This document shows, piece after piece, positions 39,670 through 52,070 of a stretch of 64,000 nucleotides of DNA. The notes beneath the pieces are model-generated. The model was given only the letters and a program-made list of their open reading frames with translations. It ran no database searches and was not told the origin of the DNA. The DNA is from Stegostoma tigrinum (Eukaryota): contig NC_081374.1 of NCBI RefSeq assembly GCF_030684315.1, positions 5,393,937 through 5,457,936 of the forward strand, read 5' to 3'. The translations under genes and the position numbers were made by a program. Within the stretch, counting starts at the first letter, position 1, and the number at the start of each line of letters is the position of its first letter.

Positions 39670-39995
39670 CGTGGCGATCGCTATACTATTAATCCAGACA
39701 CCCTGGTAATGCTCTGGATACTCAGATTTGAATCCTACCCAGGCAGATTGTGGAGATGAAATTCAGTAAATAATCTGGAATTAAGGCTCCAATGATGACC
39801 AGGAGGCCATTGATAGGTCTTATCCCTAACTGTCTGGTTCACTGATACTGCAAAGGCTGGTAGTTTTCTTGCCTGGCCTCCCATGTGACTCCAGACCCAA
39901 GTGCTGTGATTGACTTGACTGTCTTCCTTCTTCTGGTCAATTTTGTTAAATGCTGGCCTGGCCAGTGACACCCATTCCTGTGAGTGAACTTTAAA
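39670..39995 (+). mobile_element. tRNA-headed SINE copy
   Basis: CCTGGCCTCCCATGTGACTCCAGACCCA core and family tail. Confidence 0.65.
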
Positions 39996-40045
39996 AACTA
40001 AAATAGGACACTGTTTAACTCTGGATCAGTTAAATTCAGTGGGGA

Positions 40046-40280
40046 GAGAGATAATGGGAACTGCAGATGCTGGAGAATTCCAAGATAATAAAATGTGAGG
40101 CTGGATGAACACAGCAGGCCAAGCAGCATCTCGGGAGCACAAAAGCTGACGTTTCGGGCTTAGACCCTTCATCAGAGACTCTCCCCATCCCCCTCTCTGA
40201 TGAAGGGTCTAGGCCCGACACGTCAGCTTTTGTGCTCCTGAGATGCTGCTTGGCCTGCTGTGTTCATCCAGCCTCACATT
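40046..40280. mobile_element. Palindromic PLE terminal-repeat insertion, family A
   Basis: Perfect 16-bp TSD TTAAATTCAGTGGGGA at 40030-40045 and 40281-40296. Minus-strand hammerhead intact (40146-40177); plus-strand copy has GAAA to GACA. Confidence 0.92.
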
Positions 40281-41436
40281 TTAAATTCAGTGGGGATCAT
40301 GTTTTGCATTATAACATGACCATTAGGAACAATTCCACGGATCTGTAGCAGCATACGTTGCTCATCTTTTGCGTAAGGAAGGACCTGGAATAATTCTTAC
40401 AGATGTATATTGTCTCCAATATGCAGTAGACTTAATATTCAAAGTATGAGTACATTTCCCTTTCCAACATTTGATGTTGATGATCTACAGGGTGTGGATT
40501 TGCCAATATTGCATGTTGACTGAGATTTGATTGTCGTTCTCTGCTTGAAGTGTGTCTTTTATTTCATAAAAGCCATTATGTTGTAAAATCAGAGAAACTG
40601 CACCAAAATTCAAAGTATTTGAAAACCACTTGGCATTCCTCCAAAGCAGTTCGGGTGTCTTATCAGTTTTTAAAGAACTTAACCCTTGAATTTTTTGTAT
40701 ATTCTGAGCCTAACTGGAATTACTTGATGATCAGCCACCAAAGAAAATTCCCAAATTCTCCTTGATGAAATGTAGCTGGCTCTGCAAAACCTGCTGTTGG
40801 GGAACAACAATAACACCAAGATTGGTCTGTGTAAAACATCTACAGACTTTGAGAGCAATATACTGTGGATGCTGGAAATCTGAAACAAGCACAGAAAATG
40901 CTGAAGAAACTGAGTAGGTCTCGCAACATCTGTGGATAGTTTGTGTTTTAAGCATGACCCTTCAGAAGCTGCTGAGTTTCTCTAGCATTTGTTTTAGCTA
41001 CAGTTTTTAAATGGCTGTACACAAACTGAAATTTAAGACATCAGGATGGGCAACCTCCTGCAAGACTTCAAGCTCTTAATTTAATCTGGAAATCTGGAGC
41101 ATAGTGAAATATCCGGGCTGGGATACAGCTTTTGAGCTATATTTTGGGAATCTCCTCTTTTGTGTGTAATCATTTTTTCTTTGACATTGGCAAGGTTAGC
41201 ACAAGGAAAACCTTTCTGAGTGGGGAGGAAGAGGGAGTAAATAACTTAATTATTTCTAAACCTTCCTGTTGTACAATTTGAAAATTTGCATTGACTTCAA
41301 ATGCATTCTCAGTTTGAGATGAGTTTCTTTTGCACGTGGAAGCTTTGAGGTGTAAATGACCTACCTGTTTGAGGTACAGGATTATAATATAATAAACTTA
41401 TCACTGTACTTGGTACATATGACAATAAACCAAACT

Positions 41437-41993
41437 TTCTTTAAAGTGTAGGACCCTTCAACAAAAAGCAATGGGCATGCTACCTGATCTGGTGCAATTA
41501 CTCTTGTGCAGATATAAAATCTTTCCAAAAATTGTCTAAAATGGTCCAAGTACTGAAATAGTGTCCCCAGTACTAAATGGTAATTGCTACTCAAATAGTC
41601 CCACTTTAAATGTGCAATTCCAGATTGTTTCCCCATTTTAAAATGAATGAAGGTACCATGAATTTCAGATGCTGTAGTCAGACAACACAATGTGGAGCTG
41701 GAGAACTCAGCAGGTCAGGCAGCATCAGAGGAGTAGGATGAAGGGTCCCAACCTGAAATGTTGACTTTCCTACTCTGTTGCATGACCTGTGTTCCTGCAG
41801 CTCCACACTGACTTTAAAATGATCGAGTTGTGTTGTCTGTTAATATTGCCCCTTTAATACTAGGGATACTATTTCAGTACTTGGACCATTTTACAAAATC
41901 TTTCCAAAAATTGTCTATCTGCACAAGAGTAACTGCACCAGATCAGATAGCATTCCCATTGCTTTTTGTTGAAGGGTCCTACACTTTTTTAAA
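41437..41993. repeat. ~150-bp imperfect inverted repeat flanking an old PLE terminal-repeat palindrome (~41680-41812)
   Basis: AAAGTGTAGGACCCTTCAACAAAAAGCAATGGG... is the reverse complement of ...CCCATTGCTTTTTGTTGAAGGGTCCTACACTTT. Confidence 0.85.
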
Positions 41994-41999
41994 AAAAAA

Positions 42000-42510
42000 C
42001 GACCTCCCAGTCGCAAACCATTTCCATTTCCACTCCCCCTCCCATTCTTTAGATGACATGTCCATCATGGGCCTCCTGCAGTGCCACAATGATGCCACCC
42101 GAAGGTTGCAGGAACAGCAACTTATATTCCGCTTGGGAACCCTGCAGCCCAATGGTATCAATGTGGACTTCACCAGCTTCAAAATCTCCCCTTCCCCCAC
42201 CGCATCCCAAAACCAGCCCAGTTCGACCCCCCCCCCCCCCCCCCCACTGCAACACACAACCAGCCCAGCTCTTCCCCTTCACCCACTGCATCCCAAAACC
42301 AGTCCAACCTGTCTCTGCCTCCCTAACCTGTTCTTCCTCTCACCCATCCCTTCCTCTCACCCCAAGCCGCACCTCCATCTCCTACCTACTAACCTCATCC
42401 CACCTCCTTGACCTGTCCGTCTTCCCTGGACTGACCTATCCCCTCACTACCTCCCCACCTATACTCTCCTCTCCACCTATCTTCTTTTTTCTCTCCATCT
42501 TCGGTCCGCC

Positions 42511-42544
<34 letters not shown>

Positions 42545-42702
42545 CTATTTATTCCAGAACCCTCACCCCATCCCCTTCTCTGATGGGTCTAGGCCCGAAA
42601 CGTCAGCTTTTGTGCTCCTGAGATGCTGCTGGGCCTGCTGTGTTCATCCAGCCTCACATTTTATTATCTTGGATTCTCCAGCATCTGCAGTTCCCATTAT
42701 CA
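42000..42702 (+). mobile_element. Young 5'-truncated Penelope-like element (GIY-YIG C-terminus, C-rich 3'UTR, family A terminal repeat)
   Basis: DLPVANHF..SPSHSLDDMSIMGLLQC..RRLQEQQLIFRLGTLQPNGIN matches PLE endonuclease ends; the terminal repeat follows at ~42578-42702. Confidence 0.92.
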
Positions 42703-42886
42703 CAGTGAAAAGTTTATTGCTTGGAGTGTGATGCAAGCAGGTTATAGCAAACAAAACATACGGATCATAGTGTGTTTAAACAGTGAGGTTACAACATTAC
42801 TTTGCACAGGAGGCACACAAAAGCAAGATCAACATTAGATTTTAAATTAGAGGTCCATTCAGCAGTCTAATAATGGCAGGGAAGAA

Positions 42887-43003
42887 TATAACAAGTGTGG
42901 ACCTGGATGAACACAGCAGTATCTTGGGAGCACAAAAGCTGACGTTTCGGGCCAAGACCCTTCTTCAGAAAAGAGGGAGGGGGAGAGGGTTCTGAAATAG
43001 GGA
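42887..43003 (-). mobile_element. Solo PLE 3' end, family A
   Basis: 11-bp TSD GCAGGGAAGAA at 42876-42886 and 43004-43014; intact minus-strand core CTGAAGA A GGG TCTTGG CCC GAAAC GTC. Confidence 0.85.
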
Positions 43004-43456
43004 GCAGGGAAGAAGCTGCTTTTGAACCTGTTAGTACATGTGTTTAAATCTTTGTACCTTTTTTGTCTGATGGAAGAGATTGGAAGAGTTTAATCAGGGT
43101 GGGAGGCAGAAAAGCAGCCAATGAGATGTGTAGATAGAGCTCATGGGTCAGAGGTTGGCTTGTGTGGTAGCCTGGGCTGTGTTCATGACTTTCTGTATTT
43201 TCTTACAGTCCTGGGCAGAGCAGTTGCCATACCAAGCTGTGATGCATCCAGTTAGAATGCTTTCAATGGCACATCTGTAAAAGTTAGTGCGGGACCTTAT
43301 GGACATACCAAAATTACTTAGATATGAGGAAGAGGCGTTGTGCCGCCTTGACCATCTCATCCAAATGAGAGAGTCGGACGGATTGTTGGTTATCGTCACT
43401 GCTGGACCGGTGTTGAACATGATGTGCTCCGCGCACGCACACACCTGCCACCACTG

Positions 43457-43491
<35 letters not shown>

Positions 43492-44199
43492 GATGTCAGT
43501 GGGGTCACACCCTGCTCCTTTCTTCATGCGATTGATGATTGGCTCTTTAGTTTGAGGGAGCGTTATCCTTACACCATGACACCAAGCATTGAGTTGTTTG
43601 ATATCTAGTCTACACTCGTGGTGGCAATGAACATGTAGATGGTGTTTAGGTGAAATTTGGCCATAATCATGTGTACAAGGAGTACAGTAGGGAACAGAGT
43701 ACGTATCCTTGCAGGGTGTCAGTGTTGTGCGTTCATGGCTGAGGATAGTGTTGTCTATCTTCAGTGCAGTCTGTGGGTTAGGAAGCTGAGGATCCAGTTG
43801 CAGATGGTGAGGCCAAGACTTGGGTCTAGGTTTGGAGATTAGCTTGTTTGGCATTTTGGTGTTTGAGGGTGGAGCTGCAGTCAATAAGCAGAAGCCTGAC
43901 GTAGATATTTTTATTCAGATGTTCCAGGGCTGAATGTAGGGCTAGGCAAACGGCAATTGCTGTGGACCTGTTGTACTAGTAAGCAAATTACAGGGAATTG
44001 AGACAGGTGGTGAGGCTAGAATTAACGTGAGCCATGGCTAACCCCTCAAGGCACTTCGTAGTTATAGATGAGAGCCATTGGGTGATAGACATTGAGGCGC
44101 GTTGTATGTGTTTTCTCTGGTTCCGGTATGATTATCTTGAAGCAGATGGGGTCTTCAGATTGTAGCAAGGAGAGGTTAAAGATGTCAGCAAATACTCCT

Positions 44200-44419
44200 A
44201 GATAATAAAATGTGAGGCTGGATGAACACAGCAGGCCAAGCAGCATCTCAGGAGCACAAAAGCTGACGTTTCGGGCCTAGACCCTTCATCAGAGAAATCG
44301 TGCAACTGTGTTGGGCAGTGCAGCCCAGCCAACATAAGAGGAAACCACACTTCAACCACCTTGAAAAACAAACTTAACACTGGGTTTCAAACAGGAAGTG
44401 CTGAACACTAATTCCCGAG
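44200..44419 (-). mobile_element. PLE terminal repeat fused to an inverted copy of local DNA
   Basis: 10-bp TSD AAATACTCCT at 44190-44199 and 44420-44429; 44200-44294 is the family A repeat; 44292-44424 is the reverse complement of 44548-44680. Confidence 0.9.
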
Positions 44420-45246
44420 AAATACTCCTTCCAGCTGGTCTGCATCGGGTCTGAGTGCACTTCTACTGTAGTTGTATGTGATGTTCAGCACTGATGTAGT
44501 TGAGATTTTTTTGTATTTATTCACTTCCTCATTGGCTACCCAAGCATTATTTCTCAGGAATTAGTGTTCAGCACTTCCTGTTTGAAACCCAGTGTTAAGT
44601 TTGTTTTTCAAGGTGGTTGAAGTGTGGTTTCCTCTTATGTTGGCTGGGCTGCACTGCCCAACACAGTTGCACGATTTCTCACTAGCTAAGCCTTGAGCAA
44701 TAACATACTGTGATTAGAGTGTGATAAAAGTTATGCAATGTTTCCTTTTAATCATCTTGCAAACAGATTAAGTTGCATAGACTTTGGAGTCTTGTCTATT
44801 TTAAGTTTCAGTAGTAAATCTGCTGTAGTTTTTGTCGATCAGTGTCATTAAAATGCTAATAGTAGGACTATGAAATAATAGTTTGAAGGGTGTGAAAAGT
44901 GCTGAGCAATAGAATTAGCCGAGGTGGGAGTAGGTGGAAATGCAAACTTAGACTCGTGTCATAGATTAGTCGTCATCATCTTTGGTGTAGCAGACATGGG
45001 CTGGTAAACTGCCACTCTAGGGTCTTGTGCTTATAATCCCACAAAGGCATCCTCAATTTCTATTGTTTCCTTGTCAGTTGGGAAGAAAAATGGATCACGT
45101 CTTTCAGTGACTTAAGTTTTTGTGCTGATGATAAGGAAAAGAGTCAAGGTCAGATTTACAAACTTTGTAACACTGCAATGGCACTTGCATTGCTCATGTG
45201 CCAAATGTACACAATATATCATGAAACTGGCTCTTCAGGTTATTTG

Positions 45247-45447
45247 TGATAATGGGAACTGCAGATGCTGGAGAATCCAAGATAATAATAAAATGTGAGG
45301 CTGGATGAACCCAGCAGCATCTCAGGAGCACAAAAGCTGATGTTTCGGGCCTAGACCCTGATGAAGGGTCGAGGCCCGACACGTCAGCTTTTGTGCTCCT
45401 GAGATGCTGCTGGGCCTGCTGTGTTCATCCAGTGCCTCATTTTATTA
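45247..45447. mobile_element. Palindromic PLE terminal-repeat insertion, family A
   Basis: Perfect 15-bp TSD TCTTCAGGTTATTTG at 45232-45246 and 45448-45462. Confidence 0.9.
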
Positions 45448-45536
45448 TCTTCAGGTTATTTGGATCACTAGGGAAAGGAAACTCTCTCTTGCTCAATAAG
45501 GAAAGTGCCTGTAGGAAGTGGGAGGAAATGAAAGAG

Positions 45537-47266
45537 ACAAAGGGGGTGGCTATGGGTACCTGCATGGGCTCCAAGTTATGCCTGCCTCTTTGTAGGATAC
45601 GTAGAACAATCCCTTTTCCAAAGCTACACTGGCCCTATCCCCTTTCTCTCGCTCTGTTACGTTGACTGTTTTGGCACCGCCTCCTGTTCCCACGAGGTGC
45701 CTGAACAATTCACCCACTTCACCAACACCTTCCACCCCAACCTCAAGTTCACCTGGACCATTTCTGATACCCCTCTCTCCTTTCTGGACCCCTCTGTCTC
45801 CATTTCTGGCATCCACCTGGAAACGGATATTGATTTTAAGCCTATCGACTCCCTCAGCTACCTAGAATACATCTCCTCTCACCCACCTTCCTGCAAAAAG
45901 GCCTTCCCCTATTCCCAATTCCTTTGCCTCCGCTGCATCTGCTCCTGAGATGAGGCATTCCACTCCCACACATCCCCAGATGTCATCTCCTCCTCTGCCC
46001 GCCTGCCCCCCCCCCCCAAGTAATTGAGAATACCCTAGACCGTGTCTCCCGCAACTCATCCCTCACCCCCTCTCCGCAATAATGACAAACGATCCCCCTC
46101 ATTCTCACGTACCACCCCACCAACCTCCAAATCCAACGCATCACCCTCCGACATTGCAGATGGTGGAAATCTGACCCCACTGCTAAAGACAATTTTCTCC
46201 CTCCCCACTCTTTTTTTTGTGCTTTCCGGAGGGACCACTTTCTCTGTGACTCCTTTGTCTGCTCTACACCCCTCCACCCCCACCACCTGTTACTTTTCCC
46301 TGCAACCAAAGTATTTACTACACNNNNNNNNNNNNNNNNNNNNNNNNNNNNNNNNNNNNNNNNNNNNNNNNNNNNNNNNNNNNNNNNNNNNNNNNNNNNN
46401 NNNNNNNNNNNNNNNNNNNNNNNNNNNNNNNNNNNNNNNNNNNNNNNNNNNNNNNNNNNNNNNNNNNNNNNNNNNNNNNNNNNNNNNNNNNNNNNNNNNN
46501 NNNNNNNNNNNNNNNNNNNNNNNNNNNNNNNNNNNNNNNNNNNNNNNNNNNNNNNNNNNNNNNNNNNNNNNNNNNNNNNNNNNNGCACGTCTGCCAATGT
46601 GGTATAAGGTATCCACTGCCCCTGCCTGTAGCCTCCTCTACATTGGGGAAAACCAAGTGGTGGCTTGGACAGCTTTACAGAACACCTATGCTCAGTTCGC
46701 AACAACCAACTACACCTCCCAGTTGTGAACCATTCCTCTCTCTGCACCCCCCCGCCCTGACTCCAGGCAACATGTCCATCCTGGGCCTCCTGCATTGCCA
46801 CAATGATGCCACCCCACAGATGCTGGAACAGCAACTCATTTCACTTTGATACACTAGGGCTGCGGAGTTGCCATGTAGACTTCATAAGCTTCAAAATCTC
46901 CCCTCCCACGTCTGCATCCCAAAACCCAGCTCAGTTAGTCCCTGCCTCCCCAACCATTCTTCCCACCTCAAGCCCGACCCACTAACCTCATCCTGCCTCC
47001 CTGGACCGACCTATCCCTCCCCAACTCCCCACCTGCATTCACATTCACTGGCTGTAAGCCTGCATCCTTTGACATGTCTGTCTCCTTTCACCCTATCTTC
47101 TTTTTTATCCATCTTCTATCCGCCTCCCCCTGTCTCCCTATTTTTCAGAATCCCCTTCCCCTCCTGCATTTTTTGTTGAAGAATGGTCTCACCCAGAACC
47201 GTCAACTTTACTGCTCCTCTGCAGCTTGGCCTACTGTGTTCCTCCACCTTCACACCTTGTTATCTC
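45537..47266 (+). mobile_element. Decayed Penelope-like element (RT + GIY-YIG + terminal repeat)
   Basis: KGVAMGTCMG, FTNTFHPNLKFTW..LSFLD, YLEYISSHPPSCKKAFPYSQF, LLYIGE, MSILGLLHCHNDAT; diverged terminal repeat at ~47175-47266. Confidence 0.9.
46324..46584. other. Assembly gap (261 N)
   Basis: Run of N inside the PLE. Confidence 1.
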
Positions 47267-47541
47267 TTGTTTAGGTGCATTTTTTCTATTCTGCTTTTTT
47301 AGCTTGAGCTAGAGGCTTTAATTGTTAGAGGTATCACTCTGTTCTTGTCGTTGGATGCAAATAGAGCATACAGTTTAATTTTTAATGTAGCTTTTTTGTA
47401 TTTTTCAGCTGTTTTGTAGAGGAGTCCCATAATTGAGGTTCCATGGAGAATTATGTAAATTGGGAGAAGACAACACTGGACAAAACTTTGTATTTATATA
47501 CTAACCACTGATAAAAAGGACTAGTAATTTAAGCATTCATT

Positions 47542-47852
47542 AGATTGTGAAATCCCTACGGTGTGGAAACAGGCTCTTTTTGCCCAACAAGTCCACACAA
47601 CCCTTCGAAGAACATCCCACCCAGACCCATTCCCTGTAACGTGTCAGTTCCTGTGGCTCTCACCTAATTTGTACATCCCTAGACACTATGGACAATTTAG
47701 CATAGCCAATCCACCTAACCTGCACATGCCTGGACTGTGAGATGAAACCATGAGCACAGCAGAGACTAAAGGAAAATGTGCAGTCACTGGTGGAATCAAA
47801 TCCAGGTCCTTGCCGTTGTGAGGCTGCAGTGCTAACTACTGAGCCACTGTTG
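47542..47852 (-). mobile_element. HE1-like tRNA-derived SINE
   Basis: Minus strand starts CAGTGGCTCAGTAGTTAGCACTGCAGCCTCACAACGGCAAGGACCTGGATTTGATTCC (A and B boxes), with a CR1-like tail. Confidence 0.8.
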
Positions 47853-47956
47853 TTGGACATGATTTGACACTACGTGTAAATGTTGGAAGAAGTGATCGAA
47901 GACATAACTGACAATCAAAAGGATTTTCAAGGAGTATGTTAATAGGCTGCAGACCT

Positions 47957-48121
47957 ATTTGGAGATAATAGATACTGCACATGCTGGAGAATCTGAAATA
48001 TGGTGTGGAGCTGGATGAACACAGCAGGCCAAGCAACATCCAAGAGCCTGAAACACTCACTTTCCTGCTCCTAAGATGCTGCTTGGCCTGCTATGTTCAT
48101 CCAGCTCCACACCTTGTCATC
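47957..48121. mobile_element. Older palindromic PLE terminal-repeat insertion
   Basis: Inverted arms; 14-bp TSD with two mismatches, TAGGCTGCAGACCT (47943-47956) / TAGGCTCGAGACCT (48122-48135). Confidence 0.75.
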
Positions 48122-49399
48122 TAGGCTCGAGACCTGGTTGGGTTTAAGGATTTAAAAAGCTTGCAGATAAGGCAACAGACCCGGTTAATATTTATGCACT
48201 GGCTTAGTTAAAAAGCTTTTCTTGATAGTGAGGGATCAGTTGTTGAATTGGGATTCCAGTGGATTCCATAAATCTCAATGACAAATATTTGAATTTTCAG
48301 TAATGTCCACTAACCTTAAAACATCTGTCTGCATGTTGATTTGTTGTGTTGAAAGGTTTTTTGGTCTTCAGTTGAGTAGTTTTGATTACATAACATGCTA
48401 CACAACATGATGTTATTAGCAAATAATTCTAATTAAAATTTAGTTTTTTATAACTCTTGCATTGTAAATGAAGTTTAGTAACTTTTTAATGGTGTCACTT
48501 GGCTTATGCATTAAAAGATGGCATACAAAAGCAGAACTGAAGGAGGGTCACAAGACCTGAAAGGTTAACTGCTTTCTGTCTGTAGATGCTGCTGGACTTG
48601 GTACTTTTTTTTCTAGCAATTGATTTTTGCAGCTTTTTTAAAAATGATATTCTTTTAGTTTAAAGGAAACATTCAAATAAAATTTGTGTAGCTGAAGCTG
48701 ATCTTAGCACATGACTTCTTTTAGTCTCCAATCCTTGTTCAACCTCCCCCCCCCCCCACCCCCCAACTTAAACCTCAGTTCACTTTTACATGTATGAAAC
48801 TATTTGCTTTGTGCTCAGCTGTCTAGACTGTCCACTGTTTTTTCTCTGTTCTGTGATGGACTACTAAATGGTGGAGTCAGTTTAGGAGAATACACTGACT
48901 ATCAATGTGATTAGTTATAAAGCAGCAATCACTTTAATTGTCACAGTGTAAAGTAGAAATGAGTGTTGTTCAGTGTCCCGTTCCTCTTTCTTTACACTGA
49001 CACTGCTCATAACTCTGTACGGTATAACTTTTTGTATGGCCCTCTTTGTAGCTCAAATTATGTCCACTATATTTAAATGTTGTTTTTCACTTACTGCCCT
49101 AAGTTTGTGACTAGTTGAGTGGTTGGGGCAGAGCACTGATTTTAAAAAAAAGCCTCTGCAGACACTGAATCATCACTTGGATCTTTTAACAAGCTATAGA
49201 TAACTAGTGCGGTATTAATTGGAAGGTAGCCCTTTTAGCATTTGTATACCTTGCTGATGTATAACTTTTTTAAAGGAATATCTTTCAGGATGGAAAATTG
49301 GCATTGATTGTAGAGTTCTCTCTAACTGCTAGCCACTTACATTTTTATCTGTGTCATTTTCTAGTAATGAGCAAATGTTGATTTGAGTGACATGGTGAC

Positions 49400-50960
49400 T
49401 ACAGCACCTCCTTTTTCATGCGGTATTGGAACAAGGAAATTGCATCAATGGGAGGGGCTGCACTGAACCAAAATGAGACCAGTGTTCTTTATGGAATAGT
49501 CACATGAGGTGGCAAAGTTTGTAATACTAATACAAGGCTGAGTGAAAAAGGAAGGAGCATGAGACTAGTTATAGAGCAGCAGTATGAAAAGATGGTTAAA
49601 AATAAACTGCAAGGAAGTGCTATGAACTTTTTAATCTGCTTATTATGGACATAGCATGCGTTGTGCAAAAATGAACTGGAGGCAATAATATGCTGCAAGT
49701 TGCAAGATGAAGTAAAAACGGCTAAGACATTTTTACCAAAAAAATTATGTAAGAGTTACATGGGTTGATGTGATTTTGCTTTTTTTTTTGCCATAAACCA
49801 CAGCTATCAGTAAGAAGTAGGATCTCAGAGGTACCACATAATTAGGGATCAGTCACCCTAGTAAGGATAGCCTCCAGAGCATCAAAAGGAAGAAATGGGG
49901 GAAATGAGTAATCCACAGAACTGATGTATTTCAGTTGCCCAAACAGGAGGAGAGGGAATATACTTCCCAAAGTATATTGAGAATTTGAGATTCTAAATGT
50001 TGGCTTTGTAAAATATACTGTTTCACAATTGAAGCATTGCATATGTTGGAAACCTGAAAGTAAGAGCTGGAAGTACTCATCAGTCAGCATCTTTTGGAGT
50101 GTGTTAATGTTTTAGGTTGTGATTATTCCCCCTCACATAACTAACTGCTGGATCTAGTAATAGAGATATAGATAACTATATTGCCTCAGTGATTCAGTTC
50201 TTATCATAATATACGGCTTGTGTTGTAGAGGACTTAAATATGACTAAGAACAATGTAATAAATTGCAACTGATTTTTGATAATGCAACTCCAGGAAAAAA
50301 GGCTTGTGCACAACAGTGATGCAAGGCATTCACTTCAAATTAAGTATTTGACCCAGACCAAGGAAAATATTTTGCTTTTCCAAGAACAAACAGTCTAACC
50401 ACAGATGCTGTGTGCAGTTAGAGGATGTTAAAACATTAGCAGAAAGTAACAGCACAAGGAGGGAGATTGGAGAGCTAAAAGAGAAATTTTGAAGCTAAAT
50501 TATTGAAACATAAAATAGATATTCTACAAGTTTAAATGTAAAGAGGAAGACCATACTGGAAATGTGGCCATTGGGATATTTTGAAATAAAATCTTGGTGA
50601 TAATGACATGACAAATATTAATTACTTTGGTTTAAATATTTATCACAGGCAAGATGTGAGACTAATAGAGATTAGAAATGATCTGCTGTCTCAAAGGATA
50701 AATTTTAAATGAACTAAAAATATCTTGGCATAAGAGCACTGGCTGGATGGATTGTATCCCTTTAAGGACAAACTGGGGATGAGAGCAAAAAAAATTAGTT
50801 GGAAAAGTGTGTAGTGCAAAGGCCTGGTGGATATTAATGTAAAACATGATTGACATGACCAGGGATCTTGTTTAGATCAGTCAGCTTACTGTTCAGTGAT
50901 GGGTAAATTCATGGAATCTCTGAAGTAAAATAGGGAAAAAAAAAACACTTTAGAAACATT
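49400..50960 (+). mobile_element. Very old CR1 remnant (ORF1 end to mid ORF2)
   Basis: Purine-rich; decayed GLHxN-like (49451-49470), NELEA-like (49670) and GLDGLYP-like (50740-50760) motifs. Confidence 0.45.
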
Positions 50961-51217
50961 ATGGGTATGTTGGTCCCACCCTCTTCTCCCTTCCACCCAC
51001 CTGCGGCATCCCCTTCCCTGGTCCCAGATAAAACAAAGTTTTCTCTCTTTTTTTAAGGAAAAGCAAGCCTAGAAATCATTAATACCAGATGGTAACCAAA
51101 TCGGAGTGCAAATAACCTTCAAGTGAAGATTAATAGGAATACTAAAAATGCTATCAAAATTGTTGTGGTGAATAGTATAGGATTTTAACAGTGAACTAAA
51201 AGGGAGAAAGGGTTTGT

Positions 51218-52070
51218 CAATACAGTGTGGAGCTGGAGGAAGACAGCTGGACAAGCAGCATCGGGGAGCAGGAAAGTCGACGTTTCAGGTTTACACCCTT
51301 CAGGACTGGGGAGGGAGAATGGAGCTCAGAAATAAAGGGATGTGGTGGGGCTAGGGAAGGTAGGTGGGATGGTGATAGGTGGATGCAAGTAGGGGTTTGT
51401 GGCGATTGGTCAGTGGGAAAGGTGGGGTTGTGGAAAAAGATGAACAGGTTGTGTCAGGTGGAGGAGGTGGGAATGAGAGGGAGGGTTGGACATGGGAAGA
51501 GGCCAGGCTTGGAGACTTTGAAAATGCTGAATTTTATGTTGAGGCCATGGGGCTGTTTAAGCTCCTATGGTGGAATATGAGGTGTTGTTTGCCTCGCAAA
51601 CTGGGGATTGTTGTGACACTGGAGGTGGCCCCATATCGAGACACACAAAGGGAGTGGGAGGGAGTGTTAAAATGGTTGCCAGCCGGAAAGTAGTATTGAT
51701 TACAGCGTACAAAGCACGGATGCTCTGAATCAGTCACTGAGTCTGCACTTGGTCTCACCAACATAGAGAAGGCCACATTGGGAGCAATAGATACAGTAGA
51801 CCAAGTTGGAGGATGTTTAGGTGAATCCTTTTTGGATTTGGAAAGATTGTTTTGGGCCCAGGGTGGAGGTGTAGCGGCAAGTGTAACACCTGTGGTTGCA
51901 GGGAAAGGTGTCGGGTGTGGTGTGGGGAGTGGATGAGGGACCCGCGGAGTGAGTGGTCCCTACAGAAGGCAGATGGAATGGGGAGGGAATTATCTCTTTG
52001 GGGTTGAATTGCACTTGGCGGAAGTGACAGAGGATGACTCACTGGATGCTGAGGTTGGGGCGGTATGTGA
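51218..52070 (-). mobile_element. Decayed Penelope-like element 3' part
   Basis: Minus ORFs give TFPCNHRCYTC and PAGNHFNTPSHS...QHLIF; diverged terminal repeat at 51218-51305. Confidence 0.85.

Larger units (their letters stand above)
42703..44455 (-). mobile_element. Decayed Rex1/Babar-type LINE with two nested PLE inserts
   Basis: NFYRCAIESILTGCITAWYGNCSAQD.KKIQKV (ORF 43148) and [11 protein letters not shown] (ORF 44046) are typical Rex1/Babar ORF2 motifs. Confidence 0.8.

Noticed and set aside
43345-43490. CpG-rich odd segment with long poly-C inside the Rex element
   Set aside because: Roughly colinear with the expected Rex sequence and adjacent to a homopolymer; more likely low-quality consensus or local decay than a separate element.
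45983-46834. Long ORFs spanning 46.0-46.8 kb
   Set aside because: Artefacts of translating through the 261-N gap.
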